From: Candidatus Levyibacteriota bacterium
Lineage (GTDB): Bacteria; Patescibacteriota; Microgenomatia; Levybacterales; UBA12049
Assembly: GCA_041906785.1 (NCBI GenBank)
Contig: JAYRIM010000014.1
Span: 3,215 to 67,214 of the forward strand
Direction: 5' to 3'
DNA length: 64,000 bases
This document shows, in pieces, positions 1 to 9,179 of this stretch. The notes below the pieces were generated by a model. The model made no database searches, was not told where the DNA came from, and saw only the letters and a program-made list of their open reading frames with translations. Position 1 is the first letter of the stretch, and every line of letters starts with the position of its first letter. The translations under genes and the position numbers were made by a program.

Positions 1-12
1 TATAATACCTCT

Positions 13-852
13 ATGGATAATGTACTAAAAACTGCGTTACTTCTCGGGCTTCTGAGTGTTATTTTAGTTTCCCTTGGGGGTTTGTTTGGTGGTCGGGATG
101 GGCTTCTTTTTGCATTCGTTTTTTCACTCATCATGAATGTCGGGGCGTATTTTTACTCTGATAAACTTGCGTTATCGATGAGTAGAGCAAGGCCACTTGA
201 GAAAGGTGAGTTACCGGTCGTACAAATCGTCGTGGCAGAGTTAGCTGAAAAAATGAATATGCCTATGCCGAAACTTTATGTAACTCCTGATCGACAAGCA
301 AATGCTTTCGCTACTGGCCGTGATCCACAACATGCTTCAGTCGCTGTAACTTCAGGAATCGTTGAATTACTGAATAAGGATGAATTACGAGGAGTTCTCG
401 CGCATGAGCTCGCGCATGTAAAAAATAGAGACATTCTCGTCGCGACAATTGCTGCGGTTCTCGCATCTACTATCTCATATATGGCGAATATGGCTATGTG
501 GTCTGGAATGGGAAGAAGTAATGATGATGAAGATCGAGGAAGTGGTGTTCTCGGTTTACTAGCAATCATTTTCGTTCCTATCGCAGCATCGTTAATTCAA
601 CTGGCTATATCACGCCAGAGAGAATTCGGAGCTGATGAATCAGGTGCGAAAACGATAGGTAATGGTGAACCGCTTGCGAAAGCCCTGATCGCTATCAGCC
701 AATCGACAACTCGACATCCGATGAGGACAAACCCGGCATTATCTTCTCTGTATATAGAAAATCCTTTAGGAAAGCTTGGTAGCGGCATGCTTCAACTTTT
801 CTCTACCCACCCTCCAGTAGAAGAGAGAGTGAAGAGATTGAGAGAAATATAA
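13..852 (+). CDS. htpX: Zn-dependent protease HtpX (peptidase M48)
   Basis: N-terminal TM helices, HELAHVKNRD zinc motif (HEXXH), second hydrophobic pair, C-terminal ...STHPPVEERV typical of HtpX. Confidence 0.85.
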   Translation: MDNVLKTALLLGLLSVILVSLGGLFGGRDGLLFAFVFSLIMNVGAYFYSDKLALSMSRARPLEKGELPVVQIVVAELAEKMNMPMPKLYVTPDRQANAFATGRDPQHASVAVTSGIVELLNKDELRGVLAHELAHVKNRDILVATIAAVLASTISYMANMAMWSGMGRSNDDEDRGSGVLGLLAIIFVPIAASLIQLAISRQREFGADESGAKTIGNGEPLAKALIAISQSTTRHPMRTNPALSSLYIENPLGKLGSGMLQLFSTHPPVEERVKRLREI

Positions 853-975
853 CTCTGCTGTCATCCCGTACTTGCCTCGCCTTGTGAAGCCTTAGCGAAG
901 TTGGAATGCGGGTTCTATTTAACTATAAAGCAAATTTATCTTGTTCTTTTGTGCAGACAAAAGAACCAAAAACTC

Positions 976-1116
976 GTGAGCTAGTGAGAAAATCAGCTAA
1001 AATTGTTTCACTCGTATCGGGAGACTGTCCGCCCCCTTCCTTCATTCGCTTTGCTCTGAAGGGATTCCCCCTGATACTCATTCCACAATTTCTTCACGCA
1101 TTTTCTCAACGCTCAC
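976..1116. repeat. MITE-like element, family 1, copy A (carries an internal ~60-nt insertion)
   Basis: GTGAGCTAGTGAGAAAAT...CATTTTCTCAACGCTCAC terminal inverted repeats; near-identical to 22454-22536. Confidence 0.6.
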
Positions 1117-1266
1117 CTAAATATTTGATTCGTGGATCTTTGATACTTCGGGTAAAAGTGCTATACTTAGGGGATAGAAGAATTGGAAAAAGAAAAACGA
1201 GCGAGGTAGGACTCGTATCCACTTTTCTTATAATTTTACTTCGGCTAGTTTGGATAGTATTTAAAT

Positions 1267-2079
1267 ATGGTTGGTACAATTTATCCTATTGCTTATATTG
1301 TGTTATATGAAAACGGTAAATTTCTTCTCACACAGAGAAGGATAGATGCCGAGGATGATCCTGCTTTCGATGGAAAATGGCAGTTACCAGGTGGAGGATT
1401 AGAAATAGGGGAACATATATCAGCAGTTATACGCAGAGAGGCGAAAGAAGAACTCGGTATTGACGTCGATTTAAAAAGAACGCTCGCACTTACTGAAGTT
1501 ATTAGCCATGGAGATTCCTGGCATGGTCTCTCAATGGCATTTCTTTGTAAACGAGTTGACCCGACCCAGAATATTGTCGTAAATAGTGAAGCACACTCGT
1601 ACGGATGGTACTCGTTAGAGGAAGCTGAAAATTTAGATTTAATGCCGAATATGCTAAAGATTCTTCAGTATATCGCCCGCAATTATCGGTTATTTAAAGT
1701 TGGTGTCTTAGGAGTAATAAAAAAAGATGATAAGTTTCTACTTACGAAAATTCACGCACCAGGTAAAGATAAAGCGCATGGAAAATGGAGTTGTATGATG
1801 GGAACATGTGACATAAATGAAAGTATGACAGATGCATTAATACGTGAGGTTAAAGAGGAAACAGGTCTCGATGTTTCAATTGTCCGTCCGCTCACTCATG
1901 TGGTTGAGATGTATGATTTAAAAATTTTCTCCTTTTTAGTTACCCCTAACGATGATGGTCAGGAAATTAAGCTTAACTATGAGGCGAGTGATTCGGGATG
2001 GTATACGTACGATGAGGCATTAACATTAGATTTATATGGTGATACGAAAGCGATTCTCGAAGAAGCGAATTCTATTTAA
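1267..2079 (+). CDS. tandem Nudix hydrolase (two Nudix domains)
   Basis: Two Nudix boxes (GGGLEIGEHISAVIRREAKEELGI and GTCDINESMTDALIREVKEETGL), each GX5EX7REUXEEXGU-like. Confidence 0.75.
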   Translation: MVGTIYPIAYIVLYENGKFLLTQRRIDAEDDPAFDGKWQLPGGGLEIGEHISAVIRREAKEELGIDVDLKRTLALTEVISHGDSWHGLSMAFLCKRVDPTQNIVVNSEAHSYGWYSLEEAENLDLMPNMLKILQYIARNYRLFKVGVLGVIKKDDKFLLTKIHAPGKDKAHGKWSCMMGTCDINESMTDALIREVKEETGLDVSIVRPLTHVVEMYDLKIFSFLVTPNDDGQEIKLNYEASDSGWYTYDEALTLDLYGDTKAILEEANSI

Positions 2080-2147
2080 TCTTATTTTCCCTCTTGAATT
2101 TACCTCCATATTTTTTTACGATTATATCGAACGACCGTTCTCAATTT

Positions 2148-2215
2148 GTCATGTTGAGCGTAGCGAAACATCTTATGAAAGATCCTTCTCCGCCAGCTGG
2201 CGGATCAGGATGACA
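2148..2215. repeat. family-2 structured repeat (GTCATGYTGAGC...CAGGATGACA), copy 1
   Basis: Shares ends and internal hairpins with 2819-2882 and 47304-47364; the loop carries the perfect palindrome CCGCCAGCTGGCGG. Confidence 0.55.
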
Positions 2216-2236
2216 GACAAATTTTGATTTCCCATT

Positions 2237-2797
2237 ATGACGACACAAGAAAAAATTCTCAAATATATTATTAAACTATATGCCAATGGGGGATTCGAAG
2301 GAATGAGTATGAGACAGCTTGCAAGTAAAGTCGGTATTGTTCAGTCAGTACTCTACCATTATTTCCCAGATAAAGACAGAATGCTTCGATACATGTACGA
2401 TACTATACAAAATAATCTAGAAATAGAACGAACGAAACTACCAATTAAAAAGAATACCTTTGATTTCTTAAAGCAGCGTATTGAATTCCAATTCGATCAT
2501 GCAGAAGAGATAGTAGCTGCTATGAAATACTTCTACAATTATCGTAGAACTTTTAAACGTAATAATATTGGTTTTTTCCCTAAAGAAATGTATGCGTCGT
2601 TTCAGGAAGCTCTTGAGTATGGTATTGACCAAGGAGATATTCCGAACATTGATGTAAAAAGGAAAGCAAAAATCATGACGCATCTAGTCAATAGTATTAT
2701 TCTCGAGTATTTTCCAACGATTCCAAAAGGTTCAGAAAGAGCGAACATCATGCAATCACTGCTTACTATTTTTAAAAAAGATCTTCTAACAAAGTAG
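2237..2797 (+). CDS. TetR-like HTH transcriptional regulator
   Basis: N-terminal HTH-like segment MSMRQLASKVGIVQSVLYHYFPDKD, ~185 aa helical protein. Confidence 0.5.
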   Translation: MTTQEKILKYIIKLYANGGFEGMSMRQLASKVGIVQSVLYHYFPDKDRMLRYMYDTIQNNLEIERTKLPIKKNTFDFLKQRIEFQFDHAEEIVAAMKYFYNYRRTFKRNNIGFFPKEMYASFQEALEYGIDQGDIPNIDVKRKAKIMTHLVNSIILEYFPTIPKGSERANIMQSLLTIFKKDLLTK

Positions 2798-2818
2798 ACC
2801 ATTATCAAAATTGTTGGT

Positions 2819-2882
2819 GTCATGCTGAGCTATAGGCGAAGCATCTTTTCTAAGATCCTTCACATTTCGTTCAGGATGACAG
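2819..2882. repeat. family-2 structured repeat, copy 2 (followed by a T-run)
   Basis: GTCATGCTGAGC..GCGAAGCATC...AAGATCCTT...CAGGATGACA + TTTTTTT. Confidence 0.55.
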
Positions 2883-2971
2883 TTTTTTTCTCTTTCATAT
2901 CTATTACAGGGTTTTTAAGCGTATTTAACGCCATAAAGGTATTATTTCCATATAAACGGAGGATATTCTGT

Positions 2972-3772
2972 ATGGTAAGAAAAAAACAAGTGGTTGGCTT
3001 AAAAATGATCAGTTTACAAGATGGGAAAGAAGTTGGGGAAGTAAAAGATGTGATATATGATCCTAAAAAGAAAAAAGTTGAAGCTCTTATAGCTGAAGAA
3101 AAAGGAATTGTTAAAGGATCAAAAGTCGTTCCATTAGATGAAGTTCATACAATCGGCGATGATGCAGTAACTATCGATTCTGAAGAGCGAATGAAACCCT
3201 TATCGAAAGCGCCAGAGCCAGTAACTAAAGCAGCGAAGTTAAGCCAGAAGGTTGAAGAAACAACAATTGTGACTACTGATGGAAAAGAACTGGGAAATAT
3301 AAAAGATGTGTATTTTAATCCTTTAACAGGTGAAGTTGAAGAGTTTGAAATGCTTAAGGTTAACGAGAAAGGAGGCAAATCAAAAAAAAAGAAAGTCATC
3401 CTTTCTGAGGTATTAACAATTGGTGAAGAAGTTACAGTAGTACGAGGATATGGAGAAAATATTTTTCCTTCTCAGTCCGAGGATGTTTCTCAAACAAAAA
3501 AGAACAATCTATTAGAAGGTACTGACACATCGATAACCACTATTAAAAATTTTGAGAGTCTTGTAAATAAATCTCACGATATACAACCCCACTTCACAGA
3601 AGAAGATAAAAAACTTTATGAAAAAATTGTCGCTCCTAGTACAGCTTCTAGTAGTTCTTCTCTTCAAACTTCATCAGGAAAGGGAATTTGGAGAACATTC
3701 CATGATTGGCTAATCGGTCCTACAATTCAAGAGGCTATCAGTCAAATAACAGGCATTCCAAGAAAAATATAA
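2972..3772 (+). CDS. PRC-barrel domain protein (two PRC-like repeats)
   Basis: Repeated ...DGKEVGEVKDVIYDPKKKKVEALI... / ...DGKELGNIKDVYFNPLTGEVEEFEM... motifs; start moved to ATG 2972 which has a GGAGG RBS; the upstream part of the six-frame ORF 2822..2971 is translation of a repeat element. Confidence 0.5.
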   Translation: MVRKKQVVGLKMISLQDGKEVGEVKDVIYDPKKKKVEALIAEEKGIVKGSKVVPLDEVHTIGDDAVTIDSEERMKPLSKAPEPVTKAAKLSQKVEETTIVTTDGKELGNIKDVYFNPLTGEVEEFEMLKVNEKGGKSKKKKVILSEVLTIGEEVTVVRGYGENIFPSQSEDVSQTKKNNLLEGTDTSITTIKNFESLVNKSHDIQPHFTEEDKKLYEKIVAPSTASSSSSLQTSSGKGIWRTFHDWLIGPTIQEAISQITGIPRKI

Positions 3773-3880
3773 CCTGAGCAGCCACGTCCGTCGGTGTAAA
3801 TATTTGTTTTTACGTTAACCTGACCATTCGCTTAAAAGCGAAGACTTTCTCCTGAAAGGAGAATTTTATTAGGAGATTTG

Positions 3881-5035
3881 CTATTTTATTGGTAGTTCTA
3901 CAGTAAATTCTGATCCTTTATTTTCTTTGCTTTTAATCCGTATTTTTCCTCCATGGGCTATGACTATTTGATTTGATATATATAAGCCAATTCCTAATCC
4001 TTTAATATCACCATTTTGTCCGCCTCTCTCAAATAGGTTAAAGATTTTTTCCTGTTGGTTCTTCGGTATTCCCAATCCTTGATCCTTAACACTAATTCTA
4101 GCGACTGAACCTTCTTTCTGCAGGGAAACATGTATTGGTTTTCCCTGACCGTATTTCATCGCGTTTGAAATAAGATTTGCAATAACTTGCTCAATACGGA
4201 CCCTATCAACTTTCACAACTATTGAAGTTTTTGCATCAGATGTAATTTTCGTATGCTCATTTTCAGCTTTTTCTATAAAACGTTTGACGACATCTTGCAT
4301 GATTTCTTTTAAATCATGCTTATCCAATTCAAGTTCTAATCGACCTGTTCTCATTAATGAAACATTTAATAAATCATTTATCATTTTCGATAGCCGTTTG
4401 GTTTGGGTCTCAGCACTTTCTAACATATCCAGAAGGTTTTGGACAGAAAAATTTGCTAGTGAAACGTGACGGACATTATGTAATGCTGTTTGTAATTTTA
4501 ATAGCGTGGTAGTTAGTGGTGTTTTTAATTCGTGAGATGCTATTGATATGAATTCATCTCTAGCTCGAATTTCCTTTTCTGCTTGTCTTTTTTCACGTAT
4601 GAGACGTTCGATTTCTTCTTCAAATTCTTTTTCTCTTTTATTAAATAACGAAATTAATTTCGTTTTTTTACTGGTTGAAATAATCCATGTAATCACAAAT
4701 CCTGTGATTGAAAACACAATTAGTTCTATAATTGCCAGTATAGTTGTGTTTAAAAGAGGATAAGAAAAAAGTATCAAAAAAATTATTGCGTATATTGTTA
4801 GAAATATGCCAGTTTTTTTATTTCCTAAAAATGTAGCAAAAGCGATTGAAATAAGAAAAAGAAGTAAGAGTAGGTGATAAAACTGAATTTCTCTAAAAAC
4901 CGAACTGATAATTACCATAAATATACTAATGAAGAGAGTGAAACCGTATTGGAAAAGATAGCTATCAAACTTTTCACGAGGAAACCAAATATATGAGGAG
5001 AAATATTTTTGGATGGTATTTTCTTTTTTTACCAT
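3881..5035 (-). CDS. membrane sensor histidine kinase
   Basis: Multi-TM N-terminus, H-box SIASHELKTPLTT, HATPase_c G-boxes (GLGIGLYISNQIV). Confidence 0.8.
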   Translation of the reverse strand: MVKKENTIQKYFSSYIWFPREKFDSYLFQYGFTLFISIFMVIISSVFREIQFYHLLLLLFLISIAFATFLGNKKTGIFLTIYAIIFLILFSYPLLNTTILAIIELIVFSITGFVITWIISTSKKTKLISLFNKREKEFEEEIERLIREKRQAEKEIRARDEFISIASHELKTPLTTTLLKLQTALHNVRHVSLANFSVQNLLDMLESAETQTKRLSKMINDLLNVSLMRTGRLELELDKHDLKEIMQDVVKRFIEKAENEHTKITSDAKTSIVVKVDRVRIEQVIANLISNAMKYGQGKPIHVSLQKEGSVARISVKDQGLGIPKNQQEKIFNLFERGGQNGDIKGLGIGLYISNQIVIAHGGKIRIKSKENKGSEFTVELPIK

Positions 5036-5267
5036 TTAGCAATTTGACGATAGTATAACTCGTCACTATGAAGATGGCAAATGGAAAATAAAAGAATTTT
5101 TAATTTGAAATTTTTAATTTTTATTCAACTTAAAATGTCTTAATTTTAAAATTTAAATATTAATTACAAATTTAAAATTATAAATTAAAAATTAATCTTA
5201 TACTCTGTATTTTCTTACCTATTTCTAACATGCCAATTGCTATAGTTTTATATATCATATTTGCAAT

Positions 5268-8021
5268 ATGGCTTCTTTTCGTAAAGAAAAAAATCCGCTT
5301 GTGTCAGATATAACTTTTTTTCAAAAAATCGCTCATGCTGTTCCTGCAATGGTTGCTGTCTATGATATTAGAACAGGGAAATATCTTTTCGTTAATGATG
5401 GAATAAAAAAGATCCTTGGATATACAGCAGAAGATTTTCTAAATAAAGGCGTGCCATTTGCTATAAGTCTCGTACATCCCGATGATTTGCCTCTTATAAT
5501 GGAAAAAAATCAGCAAGCATTAGAAAGAGCAAATAAGGATCCCTTTGCGCGCAAGAGTAAGCCGATTGTTTCTTTCGAATATCGGATGCGACATAAAAAT
5601 GGTGAATATATTTGGTTACTTACAGAAGGTACGGTATTTACAAGAGATCAAAGACAAAAAGTTGCATCTGTTTTAAATACATCGATAGATATATCAGAAC
5701 AGAAAAGTGCAGAGGAAGACCTCATAAATTTTAATAGAACGTTGCAAGAGAAAATTTCACTGCACACGGGTGAGCTAAAAAAAAGTGAAGAAAAACTTAG
5801 GGAAAGTGAAGAACGTTATAAACAGTTTATTTATCAAAGTAATGATGGCATCTGGAGATTTGAAGTAGAAAAGCCTATTTCTACGAAGTTATCCGTTAAA
5901 AAACAGGTAGATTTGTGCTTTGCGAATGCTTATTTAGCAGAGTGCAACGATGCAATGGCGCGCATGTATGGATATAAAAAAGGTTCAGATCTTATAGGTG
6001 CTCGGTTACCAGCATTATTAGTTCCCACGGATAAAAAAAATAGAGATTTTTTAAAGGTTTTTATTCAAAACGGTTATAAAATTGTTAATGCTGAATCACA
6101 CGAAAAAGATAAGCAGGGAAAGGATAAATACTTTCTCAATAACTTTATAGGAGTTATAGAAAATAATCATATAGTCCGAGCCTGGGGTATTCAGAAAGAT
6201 ATCACTAAAGAGAGAGAAATACAGGAAGCAGTAAAAGCATACCATCAGAAAATAGAGGAAGTTTTAGAAAGTATTAATGATGGGTTTTACTCTGTTGATT
6301 ATTCATGGAAATTACAATATGTAAATGCTCATATTCTTAAACTCTGGAATAAGAAACGTGAAGAAGTACTTGGTAGAAGTATATGGGATGTTTTCCCGAA
6401 TGCGGTGGGATCAACAGTTTATAAGGAGCTAGCAAAGGCTGCAAAGACTAAAAAAGCGAGAAAGTTCGAATGGTTTTCAACAGTAGTAAATAGATGGGTC
6501 GAGTTACGTATCTATCCTACAAAAACAGGTATTTCAGTTTACTCTCGTGATATTTCAGAGCTAAAAGAACAAAAAAAACAACTAGAAGTAATTTTAAAAA
6601 ATATTTCAGATGGTATTACAGTTCAAGATGAAAACGGTAAAGTAATTTATGCAAATGATGCAGCTGCTAAACTCATAGGATTTAGGTCAGTAAATACATT
6701 TCTCAAAATACCCATTACGAAAATAATGGACAAATATGAAATGCTTGACGAAGCAGGTAGTCCATTACCGATAGATAAGTTGCCCGGGAGGGTGGCATTG
6801 CAAGGCAAAAAAAGTTCAGCAAAAATAATTCGATTTCGTATTAAGGAGACTGGGGATGAGCATTGGTCTATAGTCAGTGCTACACCTGTTTTCGATGCCA
6901 GGGGAAAAGTATCACTTGTAATAAATGTTATTCATGATATTACTGAATTTAAACAAGCTGAAGAGAAAGTAAAACAAAGTGAACGATACTTTCGATCTCT
7001 CACTGAAAAAAGTTGGGATGCAATTTTAAAGACTGATCTAGAAGGCATAATAACCTATGTCAGTCCTTCAGTAGAGCGCATTCTTGGATACTCGCCTCGT
7101 CACATTCTAGGTAAGAAAGCTATAGATTTCCTTCATCCGGATGATCTAGAACGAATAATGAAAGCAGGTATGGAGCTATTGAAGCGTGGTGGTACTATTA
7201 CTGTTCAAGCACGTTACCGACATATAAATGGGAAATGGTTATGGTTGGAAAGTAATGTAACAAATCTTATTAATGACCCGAATATACAGGGATTTGTATC
7301 TAATTTTCGTGATATAACAGAAAGGCAGCGTCTCGAGAGTCTGAAAGATGAATTTATCGGGCTCGCATCACATGAACTAAAAACTCCATTAACAAGTATG
7401 AAAGCGTACACGCAAGTGCTTCACCGATCGTTTCAGAAAAAAGGTGATAGTGAATCTGCATTGTTATTAGGGAAAATGGATCTTCAAATAAATAAGTTGA
7501 CAAACCTCATTTCAGATCTTCTTGATATAACAAGGATTCAAGAAGGAAAATTGGCCTTTATAAGGGAAACATTTGATGCAAATACACTAATCTCGGAAAT
7601 TGCTGAAGAGCTTCAGAGAACGACAGATATGCATACTATTGAGCTGCAACTTGATAAAACAATTTCTTTAATAGGAGATCGTGATAGGTATAGCCAGGTG
7701 CTATTAAACTTGCTTTCAAATGCGTTAAAATATTCTCCGACAGCAGGAAAAATAATTATAATTTCTAAGAACAATAAAACATGTATTCAAGTCTCCGTTA
7801 AAGATTTTGGTATAGGTATACCGAAAGAGAAGCAACAGTTTATTTTTGATAGGTTTTATCGTGTTCAAGGAGAGAATTCTAAAACATATACAGGGCTCGG
7901 ATTAGGATTATATATCTCAAAAGAAATTGTAGAGAGACAAGGTGGAAAATTATGGTTTGAAAGTATTGAAGGGAAGGGCTCGACTTTTCATTTTACAATA
8001 CCGCTGACATCAGGCTCCTAG
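5268..8021 (+). CDS. multi-PAS domain sensor histidine kinase (cytoplasmic)
   Basis: Several PAS/PAC-like segments, coiled-coil linkers, H-box GLASHELKTPLTSMKAY, HATPase_c (GLGLGLYISKEIVERQGG). Confidence 0.85.
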   Translation: MASFRKEKNPLVSDITFFQKIAHAVPAMVAVYDIRTGKYLFVNDGIKKILGYTAEDFLNKGVPFAISLVHPDDLPLIMEKNQQALERANKDPFARKSKPIVSFEYRMRHKNGEYIWLLTEGTVFTRDQRQKVASVLNTSIDISEQKSAEEDLINFNRTLQEKISLHTGELKKSEEKLRESEERYKQFIYQSNDGIWRFEVEKPISTKLSVKKQVDLCFANAYLAECNDAMARMYGYKKGSDLIGARLPALLVPTDKKNRDFLKVFIQNGYKIVNAESHEKDKQGKDKYFLNNFIGVIENNHIVRAWGIQKDITKEREIQEAVKAYHQKIEEVLESINDGFYSVDYSWKLQYVNAHILKLWNKKREEVLGRSIWDVFPNAVGSTVYKELAKAAKTKKARKFEWFSTVVNRWVELRIYPTKTGISVYSRDISELKEQKKQLEVILKNISDGITVQDENGKVIYANDAAAKLIGFRSVNTFLKIPITKIMDKYEMLDEAGSPLPIDKLPGRVALQGKKSSAKIIRFRIKETGDEHWSIVSATPVFDARGKVSLVINVIHDITEFKQAEEKVKQSERYFRSLTEKSWDAILKTDLEGIITYVSPSVERILGYSPRHILGKKAIDFLHPDDLERIMKAGMELLKRGGTITVQARYRHINGKWLWLESNVTNLINDPNIQGFVSNFRDITERQRLESLKDEFIGLASHELKTPLTSMKAYTQVLHRSFQKKGDSESALLLGKMDLQINKLTNLISDLLDITRIQEGKLAFIRETFDANTLISEIAEELQRTTDMHTIELQLDKTISLIGDRDRYSQVLLNLLSNALKYSPTAGKIIIISKNNKTCIQVSVKDFGIGIPKEKQQFIFDRFYRVQGENSKTYTGLGLGLYISKEIVERQGGKLWFESIEGKGSTFHFTIPLTSGS

Positions 8022-8119
8022 CTACTTGCTCTTAGCCTTTTAATTTTAATTCTTTGAATATCTAGAAGCTATAAGCTATTTTACTATTACATTCTTATAA
8101 CACTTCTCTGCTTGCCTTC

Positions 8120-8215
8120 ACACAACCGTTTTGTAGAAAGTAGTATGTAGCATGTAGTACGTATTAATCACACATTGTATTTTTTATACTTACTACTTAA
8201 TACTTGCTACATAAT
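8120..8215. repeat. family-3 promoter-proximal repeat (AAGTAGTATGTA ... TACTTGCTAC ... TACTTAATACT)
   Basis: Shares three motifs and an inverted-repeat arrangement with 49095-49185; both lie directly upstream of + strand genes. Confidence 0.45.
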
Positions 8216-8239
8216 ACACGTTGGGAGGGGGGTGAGAAA

Positions 8240-8989
8240 ATGACAAAAACAATTTTCGCTACATTTTCAGAGCGAACAGATGCTGAAGAGGCAATTAATA
8301 AGCTCAAAACTGATGGATTTAATCCCAAAGACATTTCTATTGTTATGAAAAATAGAAAAGAGGGAGAACAATTCGCAGAAGATACCGGTACTGATGTCGC
8401 CGGTGGAGCCGTATCAGGTGCAACGACAGGTGCAGTGTTGGGTGGATTAGCAGGATTACTCGCTAGTTTTGTAATTCCCGGACTTGGGGCGTTCTTTATC
8501 GGAGGCCCTATCGCATCAGCGCTAGGATTAACTGGTGCAGCAGCATCTACTGTATCTGGAGCAGCAACAGGAGCTGTAGCAGGAGGATTACTCGGAGCGT
8601 TAATGGGTCTTGGTCTATCTGAAGACGAAGCTCGAACATATGAAGAAAGTATTAACGAAGGAGCAATTCTTCTTGCGATTCCTGCAACTGATGCAATGGA
8701 ATCCAGAGTGACCGATATCTTAAACGAGTGTGATGCAGATAATATTAAATCTGTTGTCACACAGGAAGATCGGATTGAACGAACGACAAGTAGAACAAGC
8801 ATGGCAAATGAAAACAGAGACTATTCTGATCTACCAACACGTTCATATGCATATGCTGGGGCAAAGGGAGGAAAGACAAAAACGAAAGGACGATCTTCTG
8901 GTAAAAAAGGAGGACGTTCATCGAGTTCTAACAGAGGATGGCATGGTGATTCAGAAGGCCATTCACGAGCAGCAAAAAGAGGAAGGTAA
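8240..8989 (+). CDS. general-stress-protein-like (YflT/17M-like N-domain, Gly/Ala zipper, C-terminal KGG-type basic repeats)
   Basis: Start chosen at ATG 8240 after the G-rich RBS gggagggggg; N-terminus resembles Bacillus general stress protein 17M; central G/A-rich glycine-zipper; C-terminal GGKTKTKGRSSGKKGGRSS repeat. Confidence 0.5.
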   Translation: MTKTIFATFSERTDAEEAINKLKTDGFNPKDISIVMKNRKEGEQFAEDTGTDVAGGAVSGATTGAVLGGLAGLLASFVIPGLGAFFIGGPIASALGLTGAAASTVSGAATGAVAGGLLGALMGLGLSEDEARTYEESINEGAILLAIPATDAMESRVTDILNECDADNIKSVVTQEDRIERTTSRTSMANENRDYSDLPTRSYAYAGAKGGKTKTKGRSSGKKGGRSSSSNRGWHGDSEGHSRAAKRGR

Positions 8990-9010
8990 AAGGTTTTTAA
9001 TGTTTCTCTG

Positions 9011-9055
9011 AACAGGACAGGCGTATACACCTGTCCTGTTGTATGTTTTATTCTC
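9011..9055 (+). terminator. Rho-independent terminator after the stress-protein gene
   Basis: AACAGGACAGG-cgtatacac-CCTGTCCTGTT followed by a T-rich tract. Confidence 0.6.
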
Positions 9056-9120
9056 TCATTAATACATCAGATTGCTGTATATTTATGATTAATGGTTCTA
9101 AATCGGAAGATAATGGGTTT

Positions 9121-9148
9121 ATGTCCAGTATATTAGTATACTGGACAT
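9121..9148. promoter_or_regulatory. perfect 12-bp-arm palindrome (candidate operator) upstream of 9180 gene
   Basis: ATGTCCAGTATA-ttag-TATACTGGACAT. Confidence 0.4.
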
Positions 9149-9179
9149 AACAGATAACTCTTTTTGTTATAATTACTAT

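Noticed and set aside
906-1310. 134-aa six-frame ORF
   Set aside because: It is the translation of family-1 MITE copy A plus AT-rich spacer. It has no RBS and low-complexity content, so it is spurious.
2036-2227. 63-aa ORF and the first 50 codons of ORF 2822..3772
   Set aside because: Both read through family-2 repeat copies. The PRC-barrel gene has a proper GGAGG RBS at ATG 2972, so the upstream extension is spurious.
8197-8802. 201-aa ORF antisense to the stress-protein gene
   Set aside because: It is the low-complexity Ala/Pro/Ser mirror image of the Gly/Ala-rich sense gene. The sense frame has the RBS and the recognisable domain.
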